Shown here piece by piece: positions 36,497 to 64,000 of a DNA stretch of 64,000 nucleotides. Under the pieces are notes generated by a model that was not told the DNA's origin, searched no databases, and saw nothing but the letters and a program-made list of their open reading frames with translations. The DNA comes from Narcine bancroftii (lineage: Eukaryota). The position numbers and the translations under genes were made by a program. Within the stretch, counting starts at the first letter, position 1, and each line of letters starts with the position of its first letter. The stretch spans positions 68,572,001 to 68,636,000 of the forward strand of contig NC_091481.1 of NCBI RefSeq assembly GCF_036971445.1, written 5' to 3'.

Positions 36497-37579
36497 AACT
36501 CCTGTGCACAAGGCACTGAATCCCTTCTGGCGAATTAAGACTACAGTAGGCTGTGTATATTTGGACCGATGAATTTATTTATATCTCTTGTGATTCCTGT
36601 CAACTCTTTAGATAAACTGTTTGTGGGAATCCCTTGTGTTCAGCCATTTGTTGTTGCATTTAGAACCTGTGCTTTCAGTTTCTAGCCGTCACATGAAGAA
36701 TCCAGCCTTGGAGTAGTGTCCTTGCTCCAATTAGCTGGAGCCTCCACCAACACTCCCCCCCCCCCCCCCCCCCTCCCCGGCTACTCTGCTGCACGAGGGT
36801 CCCACACAGTTGGTCTAGCACTGGGGGTCAGAGAAGAACAGAAGTAAATGCATTTGACAATTTCACAGGGAACACATCAGCAAAAGTGTGTACGTACGCA
36901 CGCATGGGTGTGTGTGTGTACATGTGTGCGCACACCCATGTCACTGCATGCTGGGTGTGTGAGTAGCCATGTATTAAGTGTGCTTATATGCGTGTGTGTA
37001 TATATCTTTGTGCCTCTGTGGATGTGCGTCTGCATCCAAGTGTGTATTCCATGTGCTTTGGTTTTGCAATGCTCGGAGGATGTTTATTCACTGGATCTGG
37101 GCCAGCATCATGGAGGGTGGTGAGAAACTGCCTTCGTGACCCACCTGGTGTTGGGGCTCCTACAGTGCTGGTGAGGAGAGTTTCCCAATTAGGACTCCGT
37201 CTTGACGACAGAGCCATTCTATATTTCCAACGCAGTCATTGTTTCTGCCTCGCGCTGCTGTGTGCCGAGTGGAACTTCAAGGAGGTAGTGGAGTGGAATT
37301 GCTGGAAGTGGTGGGGGTTGGGGTGGAAGGTGTCAGTGGGGTGGAGGGTGTCAGTAGGCTGGGAGAAATTTCAGACGGAGTGGAAGTGGGTGCCAGGATG
37401 AGGAAAGGATGGACATCAAATGCTTTCTGAAAAGTGAAGTACACCACATCCACGGCTTCCCCCTTAACCTGTTCTGCCCCTGAGAATCCTTGTGTAATTC
37501 CATTGGACGTCCATTTTCCCGTCAGAATTCCATGCTGACTGCCCAATCCCATTTCTTGTTTCCAACTGCTTAGTCATTA

Positions 37580-37965
37580 CATAAGTGGCCAACCATTTTA
37601 ATTCCACGCCCCTTGTGCGCTGCCATAATGAGATCACCCGCACATTGGAGGAACACCTAACGATGTGTGTGGTCTCCAACCAGACAGCATCAGCTTCCTC
37701 CACCAATTTTCTCCCTATCCCTCAGTCTCTTTTCCCCACCTCTTCCCTCTACATTCAGAGAGCTACCTCCCTATCCCCCCCCCCCCATCACTTCCCAGCT
37801 TTTCTCTCTTCTGCCCTCCCACCCGCATCCACTCTCACCTGCTGGCCGGTGCTCTTCCCCCTGCCCTTTCTTCCTTCATGTTCTATTCAGGTACCTGCCT
37901 TGATGAGGGTCTCAGGCCCGAAACATTGGTTCCTACTCAGTGACCTGCTGAGTTTTTCCAGCACT
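37580..37965 (+). mobile_element. Penelope-like element 3' remnant
   Basis: VANHFNS...LEEHL remnant of the GIY-YIG region, pyrimidine-rich UTR, TGATGAGGGTCTCAGGCCCGAAAC core and GACCTGCTGAGTTTTTCCAGC end. Confidence 0.7.
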
Positions 37966-38029
37966 TATCAAGATTCTTTTATTGTCTTTAATAACGATGT
38001 CAGAGCAGCCAGTGACCTCTAGGCACCAA

Positions 38030-39335
38030 CTTCAAAGCTCTGATTGTTGTCTCTGGGTTCTGTGGGGTAATAGTTTGCAGCATCTCTGGTCTGTTGAGGA
38101 TGTCAGCAACATGTCCTTAAGGATCTCCGTCTATACCCAACCAGGTATGTTGTCTGGTCCTGCTGCCTTGTGCGGGCTCACCTTGGATAGGGTATTTCTC
38201 ACCTCGGTCGGGGCTATGCAGGGGGCGAGATCATCAGGGTGGCACGGAGCTTTCTTCGGTGTCAGCCTATTTTTCTCATTGAGCCGCATGTGGAGGGTGG
38301 CCAGTCTGTCCAGAAGGGAAATGTCGTGGTCTCTGACTCGCAAGGTTGTCTTGTGGTCTGTTATGGTCTTGATCCTTTGCCTGTGTGGCCAGTGTCGCAC
38401 AGCAGTCGGTGGATCCCCGCTTTGCCTTCAAGATTGCACGGGAGAGCTGGGGCTGATCTTGGTGCCATCCTACTCCCTGTCCTGAAGGCAGCATCACGAG
38501 CTCCAAGAAGTGCCCGGACCATGGTTCCTGGTTAGTTAGCCCTGGTTGTGAAGCATTTAATCTTGGTGACATCCTCGGTGCACTTGCTGATGTTGCCAGT
38601 CACTGAGCTCATGTACTCCTCCTCTACGTTTACATGACTGTTGTAAGTGGCCGCCTCCCTTAAACAGCAGTCTTGCAGTGCTGTGCCCCACCCCTACTCC
38701 CTGTGAAATGGCCTAATTTGCTTTGCCAGCGGTCTCTACGCCAAGATTAGCAGGACAGATATGTGATCCGAGTAACCAAGGTGGGAGTGAGGTGCAGCCT
38801 TGTACGCACCAGAGGCGTTAATGTACACCGGATCCAGGGTGTTCTCTCCTCTGGTGGCGGTTTATATGCTGTTGAAACCGTGGTAGAACCGTTTTCAGGT
38901 TGGTGGGATTGAAGTTGCCAGCAACAATCATGGCATCATCAGGGTGGGACGTATGGGCACCGTAAATCTCCTTCATGGCTTCACCCTCGTTAGCTGAAGG
39001 CGGAACATAGACTGCAGCAATCAGTATGGCCGAGAATTCCCTGGGCAGGTAGAAGTGTCTGCATTTCACCAGGAGGTACTCTACTGAGCAGAAAGTCTTT
39101 ACACAGGGACATTTGTGCACCAGTTCTAGCAGATGTAAATGCACAGATCCCCCCTTCTTGGAGTCTTGCCAGAAGGAGCAGCAGCTCTGTCTGCCAAGGA
39201 GATAAAGGCCGTCCAGCTGGATCGCTGAGTCTGGAATGGAGCCCTGGAGCCACGTTTCTGTAATCACCAGAACACAGCAGCCCTGCAGTTCTCTTCAGAT
39301 GCAGCCTCAGGTAATCCATTTTCTCAGCCATCTTC
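38030..39335 (-). mobile_element. Rex1/Babar-like LINE, degenerate APE endonuclease region
   Basis: Peptides ITETWLQGSIPDSAIQLDG...HFYLPREFSAILIAAVYVPPSAN...VAGNFN and KAAGPDNIPG, with frameshifts. Confidence 0.82.
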
Positions 39336-41866
39336 CATTTGTGAGTAAGGTCAGGAGCGTGGGGTCTGAAGGGGTTAATTCAGTTTCACTCCAGTGCCGG
39401 CCCATTTGTTCTCACAGAGTGCTTCCACCAGCCTACCGATCTGCTCCAGTTTACCGTAGATAACTCTCTTTAAAAAAAGTCTCACTATCTTATCAGATAT
39501 GGGCATCTAGTATAATAGTTACCATTTACCCTGGCTAGACCTACCTTGACCCTGCGTCGACCTCACTGAATGATCAATATCAGAGAGCATTAAGGTCTAT
39601 TACCACTTTTTTTTTAACTAGATTAGGGCTGTTGGGTAAAATCATTTATTTGTACAGTAAAAAAAATTATTTTCCTCTAGTTTGAGCTGTGATCCCAGCT
39701 CATTGTCTAGTTCCCTCTTGACTAGTGTCCTCTGCTTTTGCCTGCAGAGGGGAAGTTGCCTTAATCCCCATTTCAGTTTGATTACATTCTGTCTGATGTA
39801 ACCATATTATTCAGTCATCTAAGTCCAGAGAGCTGGATGTTCTCCAGATCTTTTGACATTCCAAAACCCTTTAAGAACCATAGCATAGCACAGGCCATTC
39901 AGCCTATCTAGTCTATGCTGACCATCACCTCCCTTGTCCCACTGACCTGCTTCCATTCCATAACCCTCCAGGCCTCTCCTATCCATGCAGCTATCCAATT
40001 TATTCTTAAAACACACGATCAAGCCCACATTCACCACATCAGATGGTTGATCGTTCCATTCTCTGAGTGAAGAACTTCCCACAATGTGCCCCCTAATCCC
40101 TCTCCCTTTAGTTTAAAACTATGACCTCTTGTATTTATCTCCCCCTCACTATTCACAAGCTGGCTATGCTTTCGTTCCATATTTTTATTGTCATGTAATA
40201 AAAGCAATATTACTCAAAATTGCATTTAGTCTGCCATTAGCCAGACAAAGATTTGCCATCAGCAAATTGCTCTGGTGCCCCTTACAGAGAAAGAGAAGCA
40301 AAAGAAAGTCCCTTCAGAGTCACTGAGTGTCTGTGGATTTGCCCTCTGCAGCCGCAGTTTCCTGCCGATTCAACCCGAGCTCCAGATCCAAACCTCTGAC
40401 CCGATCAGGAAGCTTTCAGCGCCTGACTCCCCTCGGGAGCCACTCCCGTCCGCAGCTTTCTCTGCATCTTGGGTTGGGTTACCTTGGTGACTGCAAGTGG
40501 CTGGAAGTGTTGTGAGTTTTTGGTTAAAGTAGAACTGCTCCTGCATGATGTGTATGTCTCAGTGTGGAAAGGAAGAAAACAAAAAAACACAGGCAAAGAC
40601 AAGATATAGGAGGAGGTTGTTAACATGGAGTAAAGATTGATTATTATACAGAAGACAGAGAATAGGGATAAAGTGTTCAGTTTTTCCGCAGGGTAAGAGA
40701 GTTTAAATGTCGAGCACATGTATTTCAAGTGAGCGGGGAGAGACGTTGGGGGCAGAGGTTGTGGGTATATGGAACCAGCTGCTAGAAAAAACATTGAGAT
40801 GTGAACAGTTGCACATACAAGTCATTCAGACTGATGAATGGATGGGAAAGGGTTGGACCTTTTTTAGGCTATGATCCCCTTAGGACTCTGGTCTGTGAAA
40901 CAATCAAGTTTTAGTTTCTTCTGCACTTCTACCGACTACATTAAAAAAAACTTTTAAAAATATTTGTTACACGAGGTGAAAAGAAACCAGGCTTTTACTT
41001 AAATGTGCTGTAGCCCCTGGGGGACTATAGAGAATGGCTGGGTTAGAGGATCATGTGCCAAAGGCAGGCGACTGGGACTAGCTCAGGTCACTATCTTGGT
41101 CAGTGTGGATGATTTGGGCCTGTTTCTGTTGTGTAGCTCTGTGACTAGTCTGGAAGGTGGTAACCAGAGTACTGTCTCAAGGGTTAATTATTGCCCCTCA
41201 ACAATTTATTACCTGTATTAATGACTGGGAGGAAGAGGCAGAAAGGTGTCCAGGTTTGCTGAAGGCACGTAAATCAGGAGAGCATGTCAGGACAAGGTCT
41301 CGCCACGTGAAGAATGGATTGCTTAGGAAATGGAGTTTAATGTGGGAAGTGTGAGATCATATTCTTCAGGACGGGACATCAAATGGAGAGAGACTGAGGG
41401 ATCGAGGGATCCTGTACCTAAATCACAAAAGGTTAGCCCACAGGAGCAACAATTGGAAAAATGGCCTTTACTGTGAGAAGTTTAGGGTCTAGAAATAGCA
41501 CATTGAGGAAAGTGACCTTGAATTTAAAGATTTTGGGTTGGAATTCGGCTGGAGAGCCAGAGTGGAGCAGCCCTTAAATCTGGGCTGAGAGAAGTAAAGA
41601 TCTTGTCCGAGGCTGTGAGGCTGAGTTTAATGAAGTGGATTACTCCCTCCTACTGAGGTTGCAGTGCAGAGGTTGATCCAGGGATGGTCTCTGGTGACTG
41701 ATGAGAGTCAGTGGTCGCAGCTTTTTATTGTATTACCTGGAATCAAGAAACTACAGAAAACTCCTCAATGTTCATTGTTATTTAACTTTTTGCCTCTTAT
41801 TTTACATATCATTTGAAAGGAAAAAAAAGGAATTTCCCCCCTCCCCATAGAGACTCTGCAATTGCT

Positions 41867-41914
41867 TTTATTAAATGAGTCTTTGGCGTGATGTTTCATT
41901 CCTCAGACTTTATT
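41867..41914 (-). terminator. Candidate poly(A) signals of C22orf23
   Basis: Minus-strand AATAAA at 41909-41914 and 41867-41872, just past the stop codon. Confidence 0.55.
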
Positions 41915-41932
41915 TTGCTGTCAGGTAGAAAA

Positions 41933-57680
<15,748 letters not shown>

Positions 57681-58320
57681 CTCGCTCGCTGCCCCGGCCG
57701 GGACCTTCCGCTCCTCACACATTTGCCGGCCGGGCCCCGAGACGCCAGGCCCGTTGTCACGGCAACGCGCCCTCTTCACTCCCAGCAGGCGCTAATTACG
57801 TCACCACGTCCAGTGCGTGGAGCGGAGCCACTCTGTGCGGGCAATGGCGGGGATGCGTGTGGCTGCTGCTTTGCACGGAGCGTCGGTCCTCCGATGCCGG
57901 GCCGGGACCGGGCCGGGAGCAAATCCTGGTCCCTGAATCTCGTGGCTTGGATACGGGATTGATGGTCCATCGGGCCTTCATCTTGTTAATGTAGTGGTGC
58001 GGGAGACACAGCGCTGCCCCGCAGGGTCCAACCTCCCAGTCTTGATATGGGCGGCTCCGTCAAGGCCTAGTGAAAGGAGCTGACGATGCGGGTGAGTAAA
58101 ATCCTGCAACCGCGGATACCGGTGCTGGGGAGAACACTTTCCTCTATTGAAAAGGAGACGACGCCCCTCCAGGTCGATGACCACACCGGTGGACCGAAGT
58201 GGGGCTCAGCAGCCGAGGGACCCACACAGGGTGCGGGCGACTTGCGGTCCGGGCTGCTGGAGAACGGCTCCTGGGAACCTGGGCTCGGAGCTGGGATTCG
58301 AGGACAAGAAGGGGGCCCAA
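57681..58320 (-). promoter_or_regulatory. CpG-island promoter of C22orf23 with an RFX X-box and a CRE-like site
   Basis: GTTGTCACGGCAAC 57753-57766; TTACGTCA 57796-57803; high CpG density. Confidence 0.7.
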
Positions 58321-58344
58321 AGGACCCCATGACCTGCCTGAACT

Positions 58345-60698
58345 ACTGAAATATCATTGACATTTATTATCGTTCTGTACTGGGGTAATTTCACGAAAAG
58401 CAGTGCAGTTGATGCCTATTACCTGTCAACTGCAAGAATTTTGGCAGATATGTACATGGCGATTATGTATGCCAATAAACTCACTATCATTTGGATAACC
58501 TTCCATTTTAATAGTCCCAATTTTGTTAGCAGAATAATATAACTTTAGAAACAGTGTTTCAATAAATAGTATATACAAATAGGCAAGATAAAGTAAAAGC
58601 CAAAGAAAAGATATGGATCAGTACAGTTGGCGCAACAGTTGGAGGCTCCGGTTTCCTCCCACTGTTCAAAACATACCATGGGGTGTAAATTGGGAGGCAC
58701 GGACTCATGAACCGAAATGGGTGCTCTTATGTCTAAATTTTAAAATGAAATGACTGAACCTCAAAGGCAATACCATAACTGAATGACCAATGTGAAGACC
58801 AATACCCTCAGTTACAATAAGTACAATAAAGATTTTAAACAGAAGATCGAACAATAAATTGAATTAAGGCTTTTGTTTTGGCAGCTGTTCCTGTTTGTTA
58901 AGTGGAGATATAATTATTGCTAAGAGCTGACAAAACGTCAACAATTATGTTAATCAGGACCAGAGTGCAAATACCAAGACTCAGTCCTACGTTTAGACCA
59001 ATCGAAATATATATTGCCATCATTCAATTTACAGAGGATTAACTTTCAAAATCAAATTTAAAAGTTCCTTAACAAGTTTGGATCACATGAGAATTCCAAA
59101 CTGAAACCGATTCTTGCTGGGACAAATTCACCCAAAAAAGATCTTACACAAGAGAGAACTGCAAGTACAGGGTCAGACTGGTCCTGGCTTGCTGAATCAG
59201 GGCCAGAGTTATGCTGCTTGGCAATGCAGCATATTATAACACACTGAGCAGGGCTAAAGCACATGGAGATTGTCTGGAGATGGACTCAAATGGGGATAAC
59301 TAAATTTTAGTTTGAAGCTCATTGTAAATTACCCTGCTGAGGAATATCAAAAGCATAATGAATGCTGAGACACCACTGGTCAATTAAAAGTGTAATATTA
59401 ATAGAAAAAGCTTCACTGTGACTTTCACTATGTATTGGCTGTCCTTTGTGTGATTTGTATACACAAGAAATGTGCACAAGAGCTCACAATTTATGCGTGC
59501 ACAAACACATTCTGTTAGTTTTCAAAAATTTGTCTTATGTGACAGTAGCGTCAGAATCCTCTTATTCATCACCGTCTTTCAGAGCAAAGTGAAATGCATT
59601 ACACGTGGCATAGAAATTAGAATATTTCAAAAGATGGAAGTAAAACTGATCTTACTCTGGCAAGTCTCAGCTGTGATGTTTTCAGGCTGAAGGTCTGCAG
59701 CTTCTTGCTGTGTTGAGATTCACTGGAGAACTACTGACAGATTAAAAAATGGTATTGAGGGGCCCAGTCTTATTACAGCAAAGCCCCTGGTATCCGCATC
59801 AGGGTGATTGGTAAATGCCAGATAAGTGAATTTTCCAGTTGCTTGAGATTATGTGATTGGCAAACTGTCCACTAGGGGGCACGAATTTTAAACTTTTGTG
59901 TTTTTTTAACCTATTGATGCGATTTTTTTGCCGGTTGCTTGAATATCGGGAATTTTACTGTATATTCTTCAGGCTTTCTACAAATAATCTGGACACATTA
60001 TTTTGAGTGAACAACACCTCCAGATTATTTGTTGGAAGCAAATATACTCCCACACACTGCATCTTCACACCAAGCCACGCAAGGTTCTGCCTTTAATACG
60101 GCAGAGGAGTTGTTATAATCTAACGTTTGAATCACTGGTGTAATACACTGCATCCTAGGACAGTGGAGGACCCTTGGCAAAGATTTCAGTGACAGTTGGC
60201 GACAGATTCAAGGCCAGAAAAATGGCTCACAAAATAAGCAGCATCTACACCTTAAAAGCATGCAGAACTTGAAATCATTTGTGGGACAAGCCTTCACGTG
60301 CCGTGCTGAACCACAGCAAGGCATATCTGCCCCAGAGGAATGGGTGACAACCAGCCCCGAGCTAAAACAAGACCTCAGCAAACGAGCGCTGAGCTGTGAA
60401 ACCTTGCACAACACCGCACGCTGGAAATGAGACAACTTTAGCAGATGATTGGAATGTCTCATTGGGAAGATCAAACAGCACTAGGCAAAAACAATACAAT
60501 GACTGTAGTGGCTTCTATTGCACAACTAATAAGGATATTTGAGAGGCAACCTCAGTCAGCATATGAAGGAGCTGTCAAATATCAAGAATGAAACTTCCAT
60601 GAATCAATCTTCAGACATTGCAGAGTGGAACTGATCCTGACATGATCAGCTGTGCCAGCCAGTGCCACCCCAGCAGTTCACCATTCAGCGCCCTGACA
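58345..60698 (-). other. MICALL1: Probable MICALL1 3' UTR (~2.35 kb)
   Basis: AT-rich, mostly unique sequence running from the stop codon to a minus-strand AATAAA at 58363-58368, where base composition switches to the CpG island. Confidence 0.55.
59776..59960. mobile_element. Tigger-like MITE copy in the MICALL1 3' UTR
   Basis: TA|CAGCAAAGCCCC...GGGAATTTTACTG|TA; interior homologous to 6727-6933. Confidence 0.7.
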
Positions 60699-60823
60699 TC
60701 ACAAATTCTTCTCCTTGCCATTTTTTGCCTTTCCCTCTGGTTTGTTGCTAAGAAACTTCAGCATCTTGCTTGCTTTGAATTTTGCCTTCTTTTTCATTTC
60801 ACTGTTGGGATCTTTGTGGAACT
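60699..60823 (-). CDS. MICALL1: MICAL-like protein 1, last coding exon
   Basis: (E)FHKDPNSEMKKKAKFKASKMLKFLSNKPEGKAKNGKEKNL-stop; resembles the human C-terminus EFQREAEPEGKKKGKFKTMKMLKLLGNK as recalled; CAG acceptor. Confidence 0.85.
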
Positions 60824-61622
60824 CTGTTTAAAAAAGAAACACCCATGGTTAGTGATTATATTTCTACGAAATACAAATGGTTCAGAGACTGAAGGTGCCA
60901 GGCCCTGGTCCACAGGGTGAGGGGGGGCCCTGGCCCACGGGGGTCACAGCACTTCAGCCCACAGAGTCAAGGGCCTGCAGTTCCTCCAGCAGATTTTTTA
61001 AATATAAATCCCAGGGCTTGATGAGGGAAATGCAGCCCAGGCTCCAGTCTGAGGCAAGGAAGGAGATTGTTGCAGCCTTGACGGAGAAATTTAAATCTTC
61101 ACTGGCTGCAGGTAAGGTACCAGATGAACAGGAGTTGGTTAATGTGGTATCTTTATTTAAGAAGAGAATCAGCGATGAGCTAGCTAATTACAGGCTCGTT
61201 AGCCAAAGTTAGTCAGTAGTAAGCAAGTTATTGGAAAAAATTCTGAGGAACAATGTTAATTTATAAATTTAGACATACAGCAGAGAAACAGGCCCTTTCA
61301 GCCCACGCTGCCCAATTATTCCCAAATGACCTACAAACTCATTACAGACAGTGCAGGTTTTGAACCTTGGTCCCAACTGCTGGCACTGTAATAGCATTAC
61401 GCTAACTGTGCTGCCCTACACTTGGACAGGCAGAGTTGATCAGCGATTGTTTTTGTTGGTGGGAGGTCTTCTCAAACTTTTATTTGAAGAGACAACTAAA
61501 AAAAAAATTGATGAGGGCATTGAAGTTGATATGTTTGGCATGACTTCAGTCAAGTTCCATGTGGAAGGCTGGTCCAAAGGATTAGAGCTAAAGGCAAATT
61601 GGTCCCAAGAATGACTGGTCAA

Positions 61623-62436
61623 AAATATGGGAAAAGTTATGCTCCGGAACTATGAGAAATACAATAAACACGAGGTTATGCATGATACAATATAATTGGT
61701 TACACAAGCTATATATCACACCCCAAAAGTTAAATAAATGGGATCCAACATTATCAGATAGATGTTTTCGCTGTAAGAAGGAAATGGGAACAACAGTACA
61801 TGCAATTTGGGCAAGTGAGAAAGTGAAAAAGTTTTGGGAAGATCTAAATCAAGTATTAAATAAAATCACAAAAAGCAACATACCAAAAAATCCAGAGATC
61901 TTTCTTTTAAGTAATATAAGAAGTAAAGAATTGGGCCTCAAACTGGATGAAGCGCAAAAAAGATTTATTATGATAGCCTTAGCTGTATAATGTCAACTTG
62001 GAAATCAGAAGAGAGCCTGAGAATACAGCAATGGTACATAGAAATGAATAAATGTATTCCATTGGAAAAAATAACATAATTAAAAAAATAAAGTCACATT
62101 ATTTGAACAAATTTGGGAACCGTACATGGAACACAACAGAGAGGGCTTACCACGGACCTCCACCCCCTAAAATGATAGAATGAGAAGAAGACGAAATGAA
62201 CTGACCCGGTGTGTAAAAGTAGATGACACAATCTTCTTGTTTATTTTCATTGTGTGACGACATTGTTTAATGGGTTTGTTGTTTTGTACATGTTGAACGT
62301 TTAATGGGTTTGGAGGGGGGTGGGAAGGAGGGAGGGAAGGGTGAGGGAAAAAAATGCCACTGTGTATATTCAAGAGGGAAATGTTTGTGTGTATTTTGAA
62401 TAATATGGTTCATAGTGTGAAAAATTTAAAAAAAAA
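61623..62436 (+). mobile_element. 5'-truncated L1-clade LINE with TSD
   Basis: Peptide INTRLCMIQYNWLHKLYITPQKL...CFRCKKEMGTTVHAIW; A tail; TSD GACTGGTCAA at 61613-61622 and 62437-62446. Confidence 0.9.
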
Positions 62437-62785
62437 GACTGGTCAAGAGATTTGGGGGGGGAGCGGTGTGGTGATGTTGGAGGGTCGCATTTATGATTGG
62501 AGGCAATGTACACAGGCTTGGTGTTGTGGAAGTAAAACACAAAAGTCTGTGGATGTTGAGTTTCTCCAGCATTTTTGCACAAATTCCAATCAACATCAAG
62601 AGATGCGATGATATAAAGATACCCCAGGATGTGGACATCACAAGGAGGAAAAGGATCGAAGAACCATTCCCTGCACAGACAAACCACCGGGCAGTTATTC
62701 TGTGCTCATTCTTAGAGGGCGAAAGAAGCAGATAAAAACATCAATTGAAATGTTCAAAGAGATCAAATACAAATAAAAATCATAC

Positions 62786-62832
62786 CTTTGTTTTTAATCA
62801 TGGTCTCCAGCATCTTGTCCTCCTCTTCCTCT
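62786..62832 (-). CDS. MICALL1: MICAL-like protein 1, penultimate coding exon (gene continues beyond the window)
   Basis: (R)EEEEDKMLETMIKNK(E); 47 nt; CAG acceptor, GTATG donor; phase joins 60823; end of the bMERB/RBD domain. Confidence 0.87.
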
Positions 62833-62954
62833 CTGTAAGACAAATGTGAGAATTGACTTTCCACCTCCCGTTCAGATGTACTGGTCTCAAAATGCATCTC
62901 ACTATCTGCTGACTGTCCCTCAACATCTTTGTGCTCCATGATTCTGTCTCATCA

Positions 62955-63260
62955 TGAATCATAGAACATTACAGCACAGAAACAGGCCCTTCTAGCCAAA
63001 CTATTATATTGCCTCATCCCACTGACCTGCACCCAGTCCATAGCCCTCGTATCTCTCCCATCCATGTGCATGTCCAAATTCTTCATAAATGTTAAAATCG
63101 AGTTCTCATTCAGCTGGAACTTTGCTCCACACTCCCACCACTCTCTGTGTGAAGTTCCCCTTCATGTTTCTCCTAAACTTTTCCCCTTTTACCTTTAACC
63201 CATGTCCTCTGGTTTGTATCTCACCGACTGTCAGTGGAAAAAGCCTATCTACATTTAATT
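62955..63260 (-). mobile_element. CR1-like LINE 3' remnant
   Basis: Homologous to 25100-25410. Confidence 0.72.
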
Positions 63261-63519
63261 AGTACCTGACTGCCCTGTGTGCATCATGTCCAGGAAGTTT
63301 GTATCCCGACATCCTGTGCTTTTCACCAAGTGGACATCTATTCCACTATGGCCTGTTAGGAACAGGAAGCTTCTACTCCACTGCATTGTTGCCCATCACT
63401 CCTACAGATAATTGTACACTGCTATTCTCTAACTGACATGAAATGTATCCTTTTCCATCATATCCAGACCAAATACCTGTGACCAACAATCGTCCCTATA
63501 TCATCCGGACCAAACCTGT

Positions 63520-63990
63520 ATTAAGTATCTCCAAAAGGTAGTGGACACAGTCCAGGATATCACGGGCAAAACCCTCCTCACAATTGAGCACATCTACAGT
63601 GAGTGCTGCCGTCGGAGAGCAGCAGCGATCATCAAGGATCCTCTCCACCCAGCGCACACTCTGTTCTCGCTGCTACCATCAGGATAGAGGTATCGGTGCC
63701 ACAAGACTCACACCACCAGGTTCAGGAACAGCTGCTTCCCCCTCCACCATCAGTACGACAAACTCAATCAGATACTCATTTAAGGACCCTTATTTGTGCA
63801 CTTCATTGATTTTCTTTTTGCACAGGCAGTTTGTTACATTCATTATCTGTTTACAGTTCTTTGTTGCTTGCATCTTTACACTGTATACAGTTTATTTTTT
63901 GCACCACCAATAAGTAGAAATTCTTCCGCACCCACAGGGAAAAAGAATCTCAGGGTTGTATGTGATGTCATGTATGTACTCTGAGAATCT
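63520..63990 (+). mobile_element. Rex1/Babar-like LINE 3' end
   Basis: Peptide LQKVVDTVQDITGK...IIKDPLHPAHTLFSLLPSG..YR...TTRFRNSCFP and a 3' UTR. Confidence 0.8.
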
Positions 63991-64000
63991 ATCTGAAATT

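Noticed and set aside
36497-41860. Hidden SOX10, POLR2F or SLC16A8 exons between PICK1 and C22orf23
   Set aside because: No HMG-box, RPB6 or MFS-like peptides were seen; the interval is UTR plus retroelement remnants. A TBLASTN search would settle it.
57681-57779. N-terminal extension of C22orf23 suggested by the ORF track
   Set aside because: The extension runs over the X-box and promoter. The ATG at 57680 has a better context and gives a protein length close to the human one. An upstream in-frame ATG near 57722 cannot be fully excluded.
57844-57936. POLR2F exon 1, or a mitochondrial-targeting-like ORF (MAGMRVAAALHGASVLRCR...)
   Set aside because: It stops after 30 codons with no good internal donor and does not resemble the MSDNED start of POLR2F.
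59035-59250. Short open frame on the + strand after a CAG
   Set aside because: No recognisable protein and no matching donor; better explained as the antisense of the MICALL1 3' UTR.

Overview
Vertebrate nuclear DNA, most likely from a cartilaginous fish. That assignment is inferred from HE1-like V-SINEs and abundant CR1, Rex1/Babar, L1-clade and Penelope remnants; the species cannot be determined from the sequence. The window holds three complete spliced protein-coding genes and the 3' end of a fourth. ADSL (+) has 13 exons, CDS 1372-15662, 488 aa. PICK1 (+) has 12 coding exons plus a probable non-coding first exon, CDS 21192-36496, 400 aa. The C22orf23/EVG1 (UPF0193) orthologue (-) has 6 exons, CDS 57680-41933, 224 aa. 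MICALL1 (-) contributes its last two coding exons and 3' UTR. All exons were read by hand, all introns are GT-AG, and the exon phases add up to open frames. Introns and intergenic DNA are filled with retroelement fragments, three kinds of non-autonomous DNA transposon (hAT/Buster-like, Tc1/mariner-Tigger-like, Chapaev3-like) and several minisatellites. I found no convincing new biological system. The most noteworthy points are: gene order rearranged relative to human 22q13.1; the MICALL1 3' end abutting an RFX-box promoter of C22orf23; degenerate hammerhead-ribozyme cores in Penelope ends; sense-strand G-rich minisatellites beside all three promoters; TE sequence supplying splice and poly(A) context; and residue differences in ADSL and PICK1. 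Gene identities rest on recalled human protein sequences, not on a database search.
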